This document shows, piece by piece, positions 40,419 through 49,599 of a DNA stretch of 64,000 bases. This DNA comes from Thermoanaerobaculia bacterium. GTDB taxonomy: Bacteria; Acidobacteriota; Thermoanaerobaculia; UBA5066. Position numbers and translations under genes: made by a program. Under the pieces are notes generated by a model that ran no database searches, had not been told where the DNA came from, and saw only the letters and a program-made list of their open reading frames with translations. Within the stretch, counting starts at the first letter, position 1. Each line of letters opens with the position of its first letter. The stretch lies in assembly GCA_963816185.1 (NCBI GenBank), contig CAWFJJ010000028.1, positions 32,001-96,000 of the forward strand, read 5' to 3'.

Positions 40419-41128
40419 CGGAGCTCCGCGACGCGCTCGTGTTCGGGGAGGCCTCCGAGCGCTACCCCGGACGGCACGAGGTCGTGAACGCGACGTTCGA
40501 GCGCGGCGGCGAGCGGATTCCGGTCGTCGTCAAGAAGGTGCCGCTCGACTTCCGGCAGCGCCTGACGGCGCCCAAGGCCTTACGCTCTTTCGCCACGGCT
40601 CGGGCCCTTCTCGCCCGTTCTCTTCCCACACCCGAGCCACTGGCAGCCGAGGTCGTCGGCCAGGAGAGCTGGTACGTGGCGCGCCGGGTCGAAGGGGCGT
40701 CGCAGATCCGCGCCTGGTTTCTCCACCGGGACGACCCCCGGCGGCCCCCTCCACCGCTGCCGTTCTCGTTCGAGGAGGTCGTCGAGGCCCTCGGAAAGCT
40801 GGGGCGGCGGATGCACGACGCGGGGGTCTTCTTCCGCGATTTCACCGACGGGAACGTTCTCGTGACGGACCAGGAGGGGACGCTCCGACTCTGGCTCGTG
40901 GATCTCAACCGGGCCCGAGTGGGCGAGGTCCCGGTTCCCAGGTTGCTTCGTTACCGGGATCTCGCTCGCCCAGGGTTGAATCGCCCCGAGGACGTCAACC
41001 TCCTTCTTTCCAGCTATTTCCTGCCGGATCCACCTCCGGTTCGGGCGATCCGCGCGGTGCGCTGGCTCCGCCGAAGGATCGTTCTGTGGGACGGTTTCAA
41101 GGCCTTTGCGAGACCCTGGAGAAAGTGA
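40415..41128 (+). CDS. lipopolysaccharide kinase (Kdo/WaaP-like) family protein
   Basis: VVVKK, LPTPEPL, MHDAGVFFRDFTDGNVL, LVDLNR. Confidence 0.8.
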   Translation: MTELRDALVFGEASERYPGRHEVVNATFERGGERIPVVVKKVPLDFRQRLTAPKALRSFATARALLARSLPTPEPLAAEVVGQESWYVARRVEGASQIRAWFLHRDDPRRPPPPLPFSFEEVVEALGKLGRRMHDAGVFFRDFTDGNVLVTDQEGTLRLWLVDLNRARVGEVPVPRLLRYRDLARPGLNRPEDVNLLLSSYFLPDPPPVRAIRAVRWLRRRIVLWDGFKAFARPWRK

Positions 41129-41144
41129 GGGTGGCGGAGAGGCC

Positions 41145-41171
41145 GTAAACCATGGGAGCGAAAATTGCGTC
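41145..41171 (+). promoter_or_regulatory. candidate ECF-type promoter
   Basis: GTAAAC-N17-CGTC upstream of the ECF sigma gene. Confidence 0.35.
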
Positions 41172-41281
41172 CAATCGGAGTGAGCGGAACCGCGTTGGCC
41201 TCTGTCCTGACCTTTCCCGCAAGAGATGGCACCGAGAAAGTCGCTCGTCATGAAAGATCCGCGAGAGAGGCGGTGCGACCC

Positions 41282-41881
41282 GTGAGCGCCGACGAGCGTG
41301 CTGCAAAGCGGGCGCGCGAGTCCGAGATCCTCGCCCGCGTCGTCGCGGGCGACGTGGACGCTTTCGAGTATTTCGTCGTCACGTACCAGAAACGCATCAC
41401 GCGTTTCGTCTACACGCTCCTGCGCGATTCGGCCGACGCCGACGGCATCGCTCAGGACGTCTTCGTGAAAGCCTTTCGAGCGCTGCCCGAGTTCCAGGGG
41501 CAGTCGGCTTTCGAGACGTGGCTCACGCGCATCGCGATCAACTCCGTTCGCGACCACATCCGCCGCCGCAGGGCCGTCGTGTCGTTCTCGGAGCTGCACT
41601 CCGACCCGGACGACGACGGCCCCGAGCTTCCGGCCGCGTTCGATCCGGCGGACGGCACGTCGCCCGAGCGCGACCTCCTCTCGCGGGACATCAGGCGCCG
41701 GATCGCCGAGGCGCTCGTGGCCCTTTCGCCGCGTCAGCGCGCGGTTTTCGTCATGAAACATTACGAGGAGAAGTCCATCGCCGAGATCGGGGAAGCGACG
41801 GGCCTCGACGAGGGGACGATCAAGTCACACCTCTTTCGCGCGGCCCGCAAGCTGCGCGAGCGTCTGGAGGATCTCCGATGA
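41282..41881 (+). CDS. ECF RNA polymerase sigma-70 factor (start may be 41273)
   Basis: AQDVFVKAF, FETWLTRIAIN, LSPRQRAVF, GTIKSHLFRA. Confidence 0.93.
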   Translation: MSADERAAKRARESEILARVVAGDVDAFEYFVVTYQKRITRFVYTLLRDSADADGIAQDVFVKAFRALPEFQGQSAFETWLTRIAINSVRDHIRRRRAVVSFSELHSDPDDDGPELPAAFDPADGTSPERDLLSRDIRRRIAEALVALSPRQRAVFVMKHYEEKSIAEIGEATGLDEGTIKSHLFRAARKLRERLEDLR

Positions 41882-42423
41882 GCCCGAGCCGCCACCTCAC
41901 TCCCGACGAGATCGTCGAGCGTGTCTTCCCCGTCGACGACCGCGCCGGCGCTTCACCCGAGCACCTCGCGACGTGCGCCGCCTGCCAGGAGCGAGTCGCC
42001 GCCCTGCACGACGCGTGGCTCCTCGACCGCGGCGCCGTGAGCGGAGCCGTGGACGATCTGCCGTCCGGTTTCTGGGAGGCGCAGGCCGCGGCCACGATGG
42101 CCCTCGTGCGCGCCGCCGTCCCGTCGGACGCGCCCGTGCCCGACGTGCGCGTCTTTCCGTCGCGGATGCGCGGCATCCTCCGGCATCCGGCCCTCGCCCT
42201 CTCGAGTCTCGCGGCCGCCCTGCTCCTCGTGGGCGGGCTCTCGGCTCTGCGGTCCGGTTCGACGGCGCCCCCCGTGCAGACGGCGGCCGTGAAGACGATC
42301 GAAGTCCGGGAGAAGACTCCTTCCGCCGTGAACGACGCCTCCGACGACGAACTGCTGGTTTCGGTCGACCGCACCCTCGAGGACTCCTCGCTCGCCGGCC
42401 TCGTCGTGGAAGAGACGTTGTGA
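41878..42423 (+). CDS. zinc-finger anti-sigma factor (ZAS), single TM
   Basis: HLATCAAC (Hx3Cx2C), TM segment, follows the ECF sigma. Confidence 0.8.
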   Translation: MSPSRHLTPDEIVERVFPVDDRAGASPEHLATCAACQERVAALHDAWLLDRGAVSGAVDDLPSGFWEAQAAATMALVRAAVPSDAPVPDVRVFPSRMRGILRHPALALSSLAAALLLVGGLSALRSGSTAPPVQTAAVKTIEVREKTPSAVNDASDDELLVSVDRTLEDSSLAGLVVEETL

Positions 42424-42448
42424 GCCACGTTGTGAGCCACGTTGTGAG
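42415..42448 (+). repeat. 12-bp tandem repeat ACGTTGTGAGCC (about 2.8 copies)
   Basis: acgttgtgagcc acgttgtgagcc acgttgtgag at a gene junction. Confidence 0.85.
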
Positions 42449-43016
42449 AGAGGTCCTGAGCCGCGCGACGAGAGCCGCCGGGAGAGGTCTCGCGGCGGCC
42501 TCGTTCGCATTTTTCACTCTCGTCCCTGCGCACCCCGCGGTCGCCCAGATGCCGGAGGCGCCCCCGGGCAAATGGTGGAAGCGGCCGCTCATCGTGCGGA
42601 TGCTCAATATCACCCCCGAGCAGCAGGCGAAGCTGGAGGACATCTTCTCCCGCCGCCGGCGCGAGTTCGTGGATCTCAAGGCCGACGTCGAGCACCACCA
42701 GATCGACGTCGAGGAGCTCGTCGCCAAGAAGGACTCCGATCCCCGGAAAGTCTCGGCGGCCGTCGACGCGCTGGAACAATCGAGGCTCAAGCTGCGCAAG
42801 GCGTTCACGATGATGTTCCTCGAGCAGAAGGACGTCTTGACGGCCGCGCAGTGGCAGCAGATCCTCGACCGGCGCGAGGAATGGCGCCGACAGCGCCTGA
42901 TGGAGCGACGCGGCGCCGCGAGGGGCGAATTTTCGCCTGGCGCCGAAACGGGACCGGGCGCGGGCCGCGATCGGCCCCCACAGCGGCCAACGGACCAGAG
43001 ACCTCCGGACAAGTAG
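42420..43016 (+). CDS. periplasmic Spy/CpxP/ZraP-like helical protein (start uncertain)
   Basis: signal peptide, GKWWK, LNITPEQ and VLTAAQW (LTxxQ) motifs. Confidence 0.78.
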   Translation: MSHVVSHVVREVLSRATRAAGRGLAAASFAFFTLVPAHPAVAQMPEAPPGKWWKRPLIVRMLNITPEQQAKLEDIFSRRRREFVDLKADVEHHQIDVEELVAKKDSDPRKVSAAVDALEQSRLKLRKAFTMMFLEQKDVLTAAQWQQILDRREEWRRQRLMERRGAARGEFSPGAETGPGAGRDRPPQRPTDQRPPDK

Positions 43017-43018
43017 CC

Positions 43019-43879
43019 TCAGGGAGCCGGAGAGCCGAGGGCCCTCGGTGCCCCTCCGCGTCCGCGTGCGGCCGCGAGCGCGAAGAGCGCGAGGAGCCCG
43101 GGCAGGGCGAGAAAGACCGCGTAGGGGATGCGCGAGCCGCCCGCCTGAAGGCGGTACTGAAGAGCAGTGGCGCCCGCGACGAGGAGCGCGCCCGGCACGA
43201 GGCGCAGCGGCTTCCAACGCGCGAAGACGACGAGCGCGAGCGCGAGGAACCCGCGTCCCGCGGTCACACCCTCGACGAAGGTGGGTGACACCGTGAGGAC
43301 GAGGAGAGCGCCGCCCAAAGCGCCGAGCCCGCCCGCCGCGATCGCAGCGGCCGTGCGCACGGCGACGACCGAGCCTCCCGTCGCCGCGAGCGCGAGCGGG
43401 TTCTCGCCGGCGGCCACGAGAGAGAGGCCGGGCCGTGTTCGCGTGAGAAAGATCTCCAGGGCGACCGGAACGAGAAAAGCGGCGAAGGCCGCCGCCGGCA
43501 GACCGAGAGCGAGAGGCGGGAGCGTCCTGATCTCGAGCACCGAGCCCGTCGCCCCGGCGAGCAGCTGGTAGAAGAACGCGGTTCCGCCCGCCGCGACGAG
43601 ATTCCACGCGGTGCCGACGAGAATGGGATCTGCCCGGCCTGCCACCGAAAAGAGGGCGAATGCCGCTCCCGCGAGAAAGCCCGCGAAGGCGGCGGCGAGA
43701 AACGCGGCCTCAGGGCCGGCCCCGGAGCGCGCCGCGGCGAACGCCGTAAAGGCCCCGACGAGCATCGTGCCCTCGAGTCCGATCTGGATCGACCCCGCTC
43801 GCTCGAGGAGCAGCTCGCCCGCCGCCGCGAGAAGGAGCGGCGCGGCGAGGAGAAGGGCTACGGTGAGGAAGCCGCTCAT
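43019..43879 (-). CDS. ABC transporter permease (nucleoside/BMP type)
   Basis: ERAG..IGLEG, AGENP, AGRGFLALALV. Confidence 0.9.
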   Translation of the reverse strand: MSGFLTVALLLAAPLLLAAAGELLLERAGSIQIGLEGTMLVGAFTAFAAARSGAGPEAAFLAAAFAGFLAGAAFALFSVAGRADPILVGTAWNLVAAGGTAFFYQLLAGATGSVLEIRTLPPLALGLPAAAFAAFLVPVALEIFLTRTRPGLSLVAAGENPLALAATGGSVVAVRTAAAIAAGGLGALGGALLVLTVSPTFVEGVTAGRGFLALALVVFARWKPLRLVPGALLVAGATALQYRLQAGGSRIPYAVFLALPGLLALFALAAARGRGGAPRALGSPAP

Positions 43880-44898
43880 GCAGCCTTCCGCGCCACACGT
43901 GCACGCGCCGCGAGAACCGCGAGGACGAGGACGCCGGGTACGATCGTGGCGAGCGCGCTCGGGACGCCCGTGTCGCGCTGCATCGCGGACGAGCCGGCGC
44001 CGAGGGCGGCGAACAGGATCGCCGAAGCCGCGGCCGCAAGAGGCTGCGACCCGCCGAGGAGCGCTGCGGCGATCCCCGTGTAGCCGGCGCCTGCCGCGAA
44101 GGGATCGTAGAGACGGCCCGTTACGGCGAGCACCTCGAGGCCCCCCGCGAGGCCTGCGAGCGCACCAGATGCTGCGAACGCGAGGAGCCGAAGTCGAGCG
44201 TGGGGAAGGCCGATCGCCCGTGCGGCTGCCGGCGCGAGCCCGGTGGCGCGCAGCTTCAGGCCGAACGGCGTCCATTCGAGGAGGAGCGCCGCGAAGAGCG
44301 CGACCGCCGCTGCGATGAGGATCGCCGCCGTGACGCTGCTGCCCGCCGCGAGAGGCGCGAGGCGCACGGCGTCCGGCAGGACGCGGCTCTGCGGATAGTC
44401 GCCCCCCGGATCCTGCAGAGCCCCGCGCACGAGGCCGCTCACGGCGGCGGCGGCGACGAGGTTCAGGAGAATCGTCGAGAGAACTTCCGGGACCCCGCGC
44501 CGCGCTTCGAGGTACGCGGCCGGCAAGACCCAGAGCGCTCCCGCAAGCGCCGCCGCGGCGAGAAGAACGGCGCGCACGACGAGAGGGCTTCCGGCCAGCA
44601 GGGGGCCTACCGCCGCCGCGGCCACGGCGCCTGCGAGAAACTGTCCCTCGAGACCGATGTTCAGAACGCCGGCGCGGAACGCGAGGCTCGCGCCGACTGC
44701 CGTGAGGACGAGGGCGGTCGCGCGGGCCAGCGTTTCGCCGAGCGCCGCCTTGGAGCCCGCCGCGCCTTCGGCGAGGGCGCGAACGGCGTCGAGAGGTGAC
44801 GCTCCCGCGAGAAGGGCGAGGCCGACGAGCGCTGCCGCGGCGGCCGAGAGGACGGCAGCCGCGACCGCGAACCGCCGAGCGGCCGATTCCCTCCTCAT
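43876..44898 (-). CDS. ABC transporter permease (nucleoside/BMP type)
   Basis: FRAGVLNIGLEGQ, EVLSTILLN, SGALAGLAG, GYTGIAAALLG. Confidence 0.9.
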   Translation of the reverse strand: MRRESAARRFAVAAAVLSAAAAALVGLALLAGASPLDAVRALAEGAAGSKAALGETLARATALVLTAVGASLAFRAGVLNIGLEGQFLAGAVAAAAVGPLLAGSPLVVRAVLLAAAALAGALWVLPAAYLEARRGVPEVLSTILLNLVAAAAVSGLVRGALQDPGGDYPQSRVLPDAVRLAPLAAGSSVTAAILIAAAVALFAALLLEWTPFGLKLRATGLAPAAARAIGLPHARLRLLAFAASGALAGLAGGLEVLAVTGRLYDPFAAGAGYTGIAAALLGGSQPLAAAASAILFAALGAGSSAMQRDTGVPSALATIVPGVLVLAVLAARARVARKAA

Positions 44899-46496
44899 CC
44901 TTCGAGCCCGGCCATCAGGCGTCCGAGCGTGGCAAGGGGCGTCGCGGGCTCGAGAGAACCCGACAGTCCGCCGCGGTAGACGACGCGAATCGGCGCGCCG
45001 AAGAGCTGCGCTTCGTCCGGATCCGCCGTGACGACGAGGGCGGCGGTCCCGGAGCGGCAGGCGTCGAGGATCCGGCTTCTGACGGCGGCAGCGGAAGCGA
45101 GATCGAGGCCCCGCGTCGGATGGACGGCGACGAGAAGCCCGGGACGGAGCGCGAGCTCGCGCGCGAGAACGGCCTTCTGCTGGTTCCCGCCCGAGAGGGA
45201 GCCCGCCGGGGCGTCGGAAGAGGAGTAGCGAACGCCGAACGCGCTCAGCCGCGCCTCGGCAAGCGCACGCATCGCCGTGCGGTCGAGGAAGATCCTGCCG
45301 GGAGGATTCGGGAGCGCGAGATTCTCCTCGAGGGACAGCGCCGCGACGAGGCCTTCCTCACGCCGGTCCGCAGGCACGAAGGCCCCGCCCGCGGCGCGAA
45401 ACGCGAGCGGGTCGCCCGAGGACGGCAGCGGGACGCCGCCGACCTCGACGCGTCCCGAGAAGGGCTCGAGTCCCGCGATCGCACGGGCGATCGTGTCTGC
45501 GCCGTTCCCGTCGATCGCGAGGAGGACGAGAAGCTCGCCGGAGGAGAGGGAAAGAGAAACTCTTTCTGCTCGGACTCTTCGCGCCTGCTCTGGTGCGAAG
45601 CCGGTGAGCGCGAGGCCCGGGAAATACGGCCCTTGGCCGGAGCGGTCCTCGAGCGGCACGCTGCCCTCTTCACCTTCTAAAGGATCTTTCTCTTTCTCTT
45701 CTTCTTTCCCTGTTATGAAGCCCTCCGCGTTCGCAAGCAGAAGTCCCCCGATCTCCTGCGGCGTCGTCTCGCTCGTTCGGCAGGTCTTGACCGACCGCCC
45801 CCGGGCGAGGAGCGTGAGCCGGTCGGCGCCCGCGAAGACCTCGGCGAGGCGGTGCGTGATGAGGACGACGGCGGCGCCGGCGCCGACGCGTTTTCTGAGG
45901 GACGCGAAGAGCGCCGCCGTTTCGTCGGGAGAAAGGACAGCCGTCGGCTCGTCGAGGATGAGGATGGCCGGGTCGCCGGCGAGCGCACCCGCGATCTCGA
46001 TGCGCTGGCGCGTTCCGACGGGCAACGCGTCGGCGCGGGCGTCCGCATCGCCGAGCTCGAGCCCGAACGCCTGCCCGAGGCGTGCGACACGGGCGCGCCG
46101 CGACGCGGCGGATTCGAAGAGAGGCGCCGCGGGATCGAGGAACGCGAGATTGTCGGCGACGCTCGCCGCACCGATCAGGAGATCGTGCTGCGGCACGAGA
46201 ACGAGCCCGGCGTGGCGGGCGTCGCGAGCGCCGCGAAACGACACGGGTGATCCGGCTCGCAAGATCTCGCCCGAATCGGCCACGAGCCTCCCCGCGGCGA
46301 TCGACACGAGGGTGGATTTCCCCGCGCCGTTCTCGCCGAGGAGGGCGTGGATTTCGCCGGGGAAGACGACGAGATCTGCTTCGGAAAGAGCCTGGGTGTC
46401 GCCGAAGCGCTTCGAGATGCGGCGGAGCTCGAGAGACGGGAGAGAAGACGAAGACGGAGACGAAGAGGAAGATTTCTTAGAAGGGTGTGCGGGCAT
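44895..46496 (-). CDS. double-domain sugar/nucleoside ABC ATP-binding protein (start may be 46541)
   Basis: LLGENGAGKST, ILDEPT, LSGGNQQK, PTRGLD. Confidence 0.92.
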   Translation of the reverse strand: MPAHPSKKSSSSSPSSSSLPSLELRRISKRFGDTQALSEADLVVFPGEIHALLGENGAGKSTLVSIAAGRLVADSGEILRAGSPVSFRGARDARHAGLVLVPQHDLLIGAASVADNLAFLDPAAPLFESAASRRARVARLGQAFGLELGDADARADALPVGTRQRIEIAGALAGDPAILILDEPTAVLSPDETAALFASLRKRVGAGAAVVLITHRLAEVFAGADRLTLLARGRSVKTCRTSETTPQEIGGLLLANAEGFITGKEEEKEKDPLEGEEGSVPLEDRSGQGPYFPGLALTGFAPEQARRVRAERVSLSLSSGELLVLLAIDGNGADTIARAIAGLEPFSGRVEVGGVPLPSSGDPLAFRAAGGAFVPADRREEGLVAALSLEENLALPNPPGRIFLDRTAMRALAEARLSAFGVRYSSSDAPAGSLSGGNQQKAVLARELALRPGLLVAVHPTRGLDLASAAAVRSRILDACRSGTAALVVTADPDEAQLFGAPIRVVYRGGLSGSLEPATPLATLGRLMAGLEG

Positions 46497-46600
46497 CTGC
46501 GCAAGGGAACCGCCCCAGCCGCGCCTGTGGGCAGAGCCCATTCACCCTTCTAAGAATCTTCGCGCCGAAGGCGCGCGGTCTTCTCTTCGGATGTTCTTTC
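46441..46600. repeat. convergent motif pair with perfect 14-bp inverted repeat and adjacent hairpin
   Basis: TTCTTAGAAGGGTG 46474-46487 / CACCCTTCTAAGAA 46543-46556; CGCGCCGAAGGCGCG 46561-46575. Confidence 0.75.
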
Positions 46601-46606
46601 GCTGTC

Positions 46607-47587
46607 TCAGAAGTTTCCCCTCGGCACGATGAGCGTCCCTGCCTTGATCTTCTCTTCTGTTGTTTTCGCCTCCTCGACGACTGGAGGCGGGATCTTCGCG
46701 AGCGCAGCCGGATTCCACACGAAAGAGATCACGCCGCTCGAGAGGCCGTAGCGGAGCGGCTGGCCGTCGAACTTCCCGTCCTTCACGCGGCGCGCGGTCT
46801 CGACGAACGCGCGGGGCATGTCGATGACGGCCGAGGCGAGGACTGCCGGCGAGAGCGCGTTCTGGTCCTTGTTCGTACCGAAGGCCCAGATCGCACGCTC
46901 TTCGGCGCCCTTGAAGACGCCGAGGGCCGCGGCATCGGCGTTCTGGAAGAGGAAATCGCAGCCCCGGTCCGCCAGCGCGAGCGCCGCCGTTTTCGCCCCC
47001 GCGACGTCTTCGAACGAGCCCGTGAAGACGGGCTGTGCCGTTCCGCCGGGATGTCCGGCCGCGAAGCCCGCCTCGTACGCGAGGAACGTGGACTTGATCG
47101 ACGGAAGCTCGACACCGCCGACCATGCCCGCCTTGCCGGTCTTCGTCATTCGGCCCGAGACGAGACCGCACAGATACGCCGCCTGCTCGAGCTCGAAGAC
47201 GATGGGCGCGAGGTTCGGCCCCGTGCGCGAGCCGGACGTCGTCACGAAGATCGTCTTCGGATATTCCTTCGCGACGCGCTCCGCCGCGTCCTGGAACTCG
47301 AAGCCGTGGCCGAACACGAGGCGCGTGCCCTTCGCCGCGTAGGCTCGAAACTGCTCCTCGAATTCCGAGGGCGACTTCACCTGCACGTGCGAGACGGACG
47401 CGCCAAGCTCCTTCTCGATCGCCTTGAGACCGTCGTACGCTCCCGCGTTCCAGCCGGCGTCCGAGATGGGTCCCGGCGTCAGGAGGGCGACGCTGAAGCG
47501 GGCGGACCGGGCGGGCGTTTCGCCCCGGCCGCAGGCGGCGAGGACGAGAGAAGCGACGGTGAGGAGGACCGGAGGTGTTGGCTTCAT
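46607..47587 (-). CDS. BMP-family ABC substrate-binding lipoprotein
   Basis: LAAC lipobox, DAGWNAGAYDG, YLCG, GSFEDVA. Confidence 0.92.
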   Translation of the reverse strand: MKPTPPVLLTVASLVLAACGRGETPARSARFSVALLTPGPISDAGWNAGAYDGLKAIEKELGASVSHVQVKSPSEFEEQFRAYAAKGTRLVFGHGFEFQDAAERVAKEYPKTIFVTTSGSRTGPNLAPIVFELEQAAYLCGLVSGRMTKTGKAGMVGGVELPSIKSTFLAYEAGFAAGHPGGTAQPVFTGSFEDVAGAKTAALALADRGCDFLFQNADAAALGVFKGAEERAIWAFGTNKDQNALSPAVLASAVIDMPRAFVETARRVKDGKFDGQPLRYGLSSGVISFVWNPAALAKIPPPVVEEAKTTEEKIKAGTLIVPRGNF

Positions 47588-47622
47588 GTCTCGATTATGC
47601 CGTCGAGACCTATGATCGAAAG

Positions 47623-48225
47623 GTGTCGCTCCATCTCGACGCGGCGGCCCGTAAGAGCATCCTCGACTTCGTCCGGCCTCTCTCCGTCGGGATCGACGGC
47701 GTCACGAACTTCGGCTTCGTGGAGAGGAGGCTGAGGATTTCGGACTTCTTAGAAGGTGAAGAGGGAAGGGGCGATGTGGCGGGAGAGGCTGGAGCGGATC
47801 CGGCGCGCCTCTTTCTCCTGGGCGCTTTCGCCGGCCTCCCATCGGCTCGGCGCATCACACCCGACGGCCGCGAGGCTCTGCTCCTGCGCTCTCTGCATAT
47901 TCCATTCGAAGAAATCTCTTCTCTTTCTCTTTCTCTCTCCCGCCTCGAGTCTTCGCCTGAATCGCCCGAAGAGAGAATCGTCCACGACGCGATGCTCCTC
48001 GAATCCGTCGGCGCGTACGGAGTCACGCAGCTTCTCGTCGCCGGGGCGCGCGAGCGGATGACGCTCGCCGAGATGGCGCAGGAGATCGAGGAGAAGATGG
48101 AATCGGCGCGGTTCGCGACGGAGGCCGGCCGGCGCCTCGCGGCCGATCGCGTCGCCTTCGCGACCCAGTTCGCGCGGAAGCTCGCCGAGGAGGCGCGGGA
48201 GTTCGAGCCCGTCGCACCGGGTTGA
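47623..48225 (+). CDS. degenerate HD-domain-like protein
   Basis: IVHDAMLLESVGAYG and FATEAGRRLAADR resemble the C-terminal half of HD hydrolases; HD motif absent. Confidence 0.5.
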   Translation: MSLHLDAAARKSILDFVRPLSVGIDGVTNFGFVERRLRISDFLEGEEGRGDVAGEAGADPARLFLLGAFAGLPSARRITPDGREALLLRSLHIPFEEISSLSLSLSRLESSPESPEERIVHDAMLLESVGAYGVTQLLVAGARERMTLAEMAQEIEEKMESARFATEAGRRLAADRVAFATQFARKLAEEAREFEPVAPG

Positions 48226-48236
48226 CCTCCAGGGGC

Positions 48237-49033
48237 TCACTCCCCGCCCGGCGTCGATCTCCCTGCATCCACGGTGACGACCTGGCCGGTCATCGACCGG
48301 TTCTCGAGCACGACGATCGCCATGGCGGTGAGGTCTTCGACGTTCACTTTGCGTGCGAGAGGCGTCCTGGCGACGAGGGCCGCGACCGCCTCGGCGCTCA
48401 TCTCCGCGGGCGGCAGGACGACTCCCGGGGCGAGCGCGTTCACCCGCACCTCGGGGCCGAGGGCGACGGCGAGGTTGCGCACGAGAGCGTTGATCGCCGC
48501 CTTGGCGGCCGAGTGCGGGATGTGCGACGGCCACGCCTGCGTCGCCGCGACGTCGGAGATGAAGAGGATCGATCCCTGCGCGGCGCGGAGCGCCGGCAGA
48601 GCAGCCTGCGCGAGGAAGAATGCGGCGCGGGGGCCGGCGCGAAAAACCGCCTCCCAGTCGGCGAGGCGACACGGAAGAGAAGGGCTTCGGGATCCACGGA
48701 GACGCGGCGTGAACGAGGGCATCGAGGCGGGGGGAAGAGCGCGAGAGATGCGGCGAAGAGGAAGAGAGAAGAGAGACGAAGAGAAGATTTCTTCGAATAG
48801 TTTGTGCGGCGCGTCGTCAGTGGCGAGATCGACGTGGAAGGCTTCGGCGCGGATGCCCTCTTTCCTTCTAAGAAGAATTTCCACCGCCGGCCTGCCGCTT
48901 CGGCACGGCTCGTGTAGGAAGTCAGAGCGATCGAATAGCCCTCGTCTGCCAACGCCTTCGCGAACTCGAAGCCGAGCCGCTTCGCCCCGCCCGTGACGAG
49001 GGCGACCTTCGCGGCGTTCCTCGCGTCCGTCAC
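48237..49033 (-). CDS. SDR oxidoreductase, pteridine-reductase-like (about three apparent frameshifts)
   Basis: VALVTGGAKRLG, RLDALVHAAS (third frame), SAAKAA, VRVNALAPG, TGQVVTVDAG. Confidence 0.78.
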
Positions 49034-49545
49034 GGCGCCGCAGCCTCGGGCCCGGGCGGGACGGCGGTGGCGGCTTCGTCCATGAGCTGGTTCGTTTCCG
49101 CCATCGCCACGACCTCGCGGCCGAGGGCCACGACGTGAATGAGCACGCAGAGGACCGCGGCGACGAGGTGCAGAGAGGCGGGTGTCTTTCCCGTGTGCGC
49201 GGTGACGCCGAGAAGGCCCGCGGCCAGCGCGGAGAGCGGAGCGAAAGTACAGAGGGCCGACGTCCTCATCTTGAAATGACGCACGCGGGCCAGGATGAAG
49301 TCCCGTCCGGCCGCGTCCGGGCGCTTCGACGCGGCCTCCTTGAGGAGCTTTCCCGTGCCGATGAAGAAGAAAAGGATCATCGACTGCGTGAAGAGGGAGA
49401 AGAGCACCGTCGGAATCGCGACCGCGATGTGACGTGCGGCCGTGACCGATCCGCCGAGCGCGTGCGAAAGGGCCCAGCCGGACGCCGCGGACAGGAAGAG
49501 CCCCACGAGCGTGAAAATCGAAAGAAGCGTGAGCGCCAACGCCAC
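49030..49545 (-). CDS. hypothetical four-TM membrane protein
   Basis: hydrophobic segments; stop overlaps the SDR start (GTGA). Confidence 0.7.
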   Translation of the reverse strand: MALALTLLSIFTLVGLFLSAASGWALSHALGGSVTAARHIAVAIPTVLFSLFTQSMILFFFIGTGKLLKEAASKRPDAAGRDFILARVRHFKMRTSALCTFAPLSALAAGLLGVTAHTGKTPASLHLVAAVLCVLIHVVALGREVVAMAETNQLMDEAATAVPPGPEAAAP

Positions 49546-49599
49546 GGGCTCCCACTATAATCCGTGCGGTTTACGCACAGAGTGCCGGGAGGCCGCGCC

